Assembly: GCA_964504365.1 (NCBI GenBank)
Contig: CAZDDW010000004.1
Location: 14,214 to 78,213 of the forward strand
Direction: 5' to 3'
Origin: an uncultured Gammaproteobacteria bacterium
GTDB taxonomy: Bacteria; Patescibacteriota; Patescibacteriia; UBA9934; CAZDDW01
Length of the DNA: 64,000 nt
The position numbers were made by a program, and so were the translations under genes. Position 1 is the first letter of the stretch; the number at the start of each line of letters is the position of its first letter. Below are positions 63,340-64,000 of the stretch, one piece after another. Under the pieces are notes generated by a model, which was not told the DNA's origin, did not search any database, and was given only the letters and a program-made list of their open reading frames with translations.

Positions 63340-64000
63340 ATGCGTGCTTACCTATTAGCCTTATTTTGTATAACGGCATTTTTAGCCGGTAATATTGCAT
63401 TCGCTCAGATGACCTCGACAAATTACGAGATTCGTTGGGATTCTGTTGGTTTCGGTGGTTCTGATACTTCTTCTTCAGCAAGTTATCAGTTAAGGGACAC
63501 TATTGGTAGCATTGGAGCCGGACAAGGCACAAGCACATCCTACATCTTGGACTCAGGCTATCGGGCTGGAATATTCGATCAGATCGTTACATTTGAGCTG
63601 TTTATTCAAGGCACGACTGTTACAACCGCATCGGCCTTATCAAGTACAACAGTAACTGTTGCAGATACTTCTAGTTTTTCTGTGGGAGACAAGATTGTGA
63701 TAATTCAAGATCGTGGAACATCGCAGGTTGCAGGTGTTGGTGAAATCACAGGTATTGCCGGTAGTGATATTACAGTTGATGCGATCGAAGACGGGGCCGG
63801 ATCAGTATCAATTGACGGGACCGATGACTATGTTTATTTGATGGATGCAAGTTCTGTGAATTATGGGGACGTTAGTGATTCCGAGGTTGTTCAATCAATC
63901 ATCGGATGGGAGGTATCTATTGATATGGATGGAGGGTATGCCGTGTCTGTTGTTGATGATGGAAATCTTCGATCAGGTTCAAATGACATAGATGATGTTA
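63340..64000 (+). CDS. hypothetical secreted Ser/Thr/Gly-rich protein, 3'-truncated by window end (not in ORF track)
   Basis: ATG 63340 after AGGTAGGA SD; signal peptide MRAYLLALFCITAFLAGNIAFAQ; open frame to position 64000. Confidence 0.5.
   Translation, partial: MRAYLLALFCITAFLAGNIAFAQMTSTNYEIRWDSVGFGGSDTSSSASYQLRDTIGSIGAGQGTSTSYILDSGYRAGIFDQIVTFELFIQGTTVTTASALSSTTVTVADTSSFSVGDKIVIIQDRGTSQVAGVGEITGIAGSDITVDAIEDGAGSVSIDGTDDYVYLMDASSVNYGDVSDSEVVQSIIGWEVSIDMDGGYAVSVVDDGNLRSGSNDIDDV

Overview
This window reads as a chromosomal replication-origin region from a small, AT-leaning bacterial genome (roughly 40-45% GC by hand counts of sample lines). The evidence is the divergent pairs dnaA-dnaN (minus strand) and rpmH-rnpA-yidD (plus strand) with DnaA-box-like motifs between them. 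The gene content (GalU, class A PBP, membrane H+-pyrophosphatase, tandem TrbC/VirB2-like pilins, compact Fe-S module, many tiny monocistronic units) suggests a CPR/Patescibacteria-like (possibly Saccharibacteria-like) organism. That taxonomic call is inference only.

Recognisable housekeeping genes include galU, iscS/iscU plus ferredoxin plus FAD-reductase, PBP1A, dnaN, dnaA, rpmH, rnpA, yidD, nfo, tig, hppA, rnhB, arfB, a CNNM/CBS protein, an MsbA-like ABC exporter, comM/yifB, lspA, a DksA/TraR-like protein, pnp, rpsO, a Xer-family recombinase, polA, pgeF/yfiH, holA, rpsT, rmuC and five tRNAs (Ser-CGA, Cys-GCA, Arg-TCT, His-GTG, Arg-CCT).

The most striking feature is four GC-rich blocks (7184-11352, 25560-32527, 38702-42244, 52069-53316), roughly 57-68% GC in sampled lines. 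All carry minus-strand ORFs that are either unrecognisable or defence-like. Block 25560-32527 encodes a DndB-like DGQHR-motif protein, two small unknowns, a SNF2-family helicase fused to a class-I SAM methyltransferase domain, and an RpoH-like sigma-70 factor with a novel C-terminal extension. This is a candidate undescribed DNA-modification or defence-like module.

The intergenic DNA around the GC-rich ORFs is AT-rich and uses the host genome's recurrent 'GC hairpin + TTTTTATTGACA' idiom, a terminator fused to a -35 box. One 41-bp copy is duplicated almost exactly at 39919-39959 and 41166-41206.

Other notable items are a tandem array of five TrbC/VirB2-like pilin paralogs (4733-7121), an unannotated 35-aa ORF with 11 cysteines downstream of yggU (22939-23046), a ~600-bp gene-free structured region (46850-47460) that may encode an ncRNA, and a Xer-family recombinase lying between two tRNAs next to a GC-rich ORF.

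No CRISPR array, rRNA or transposase was seen.
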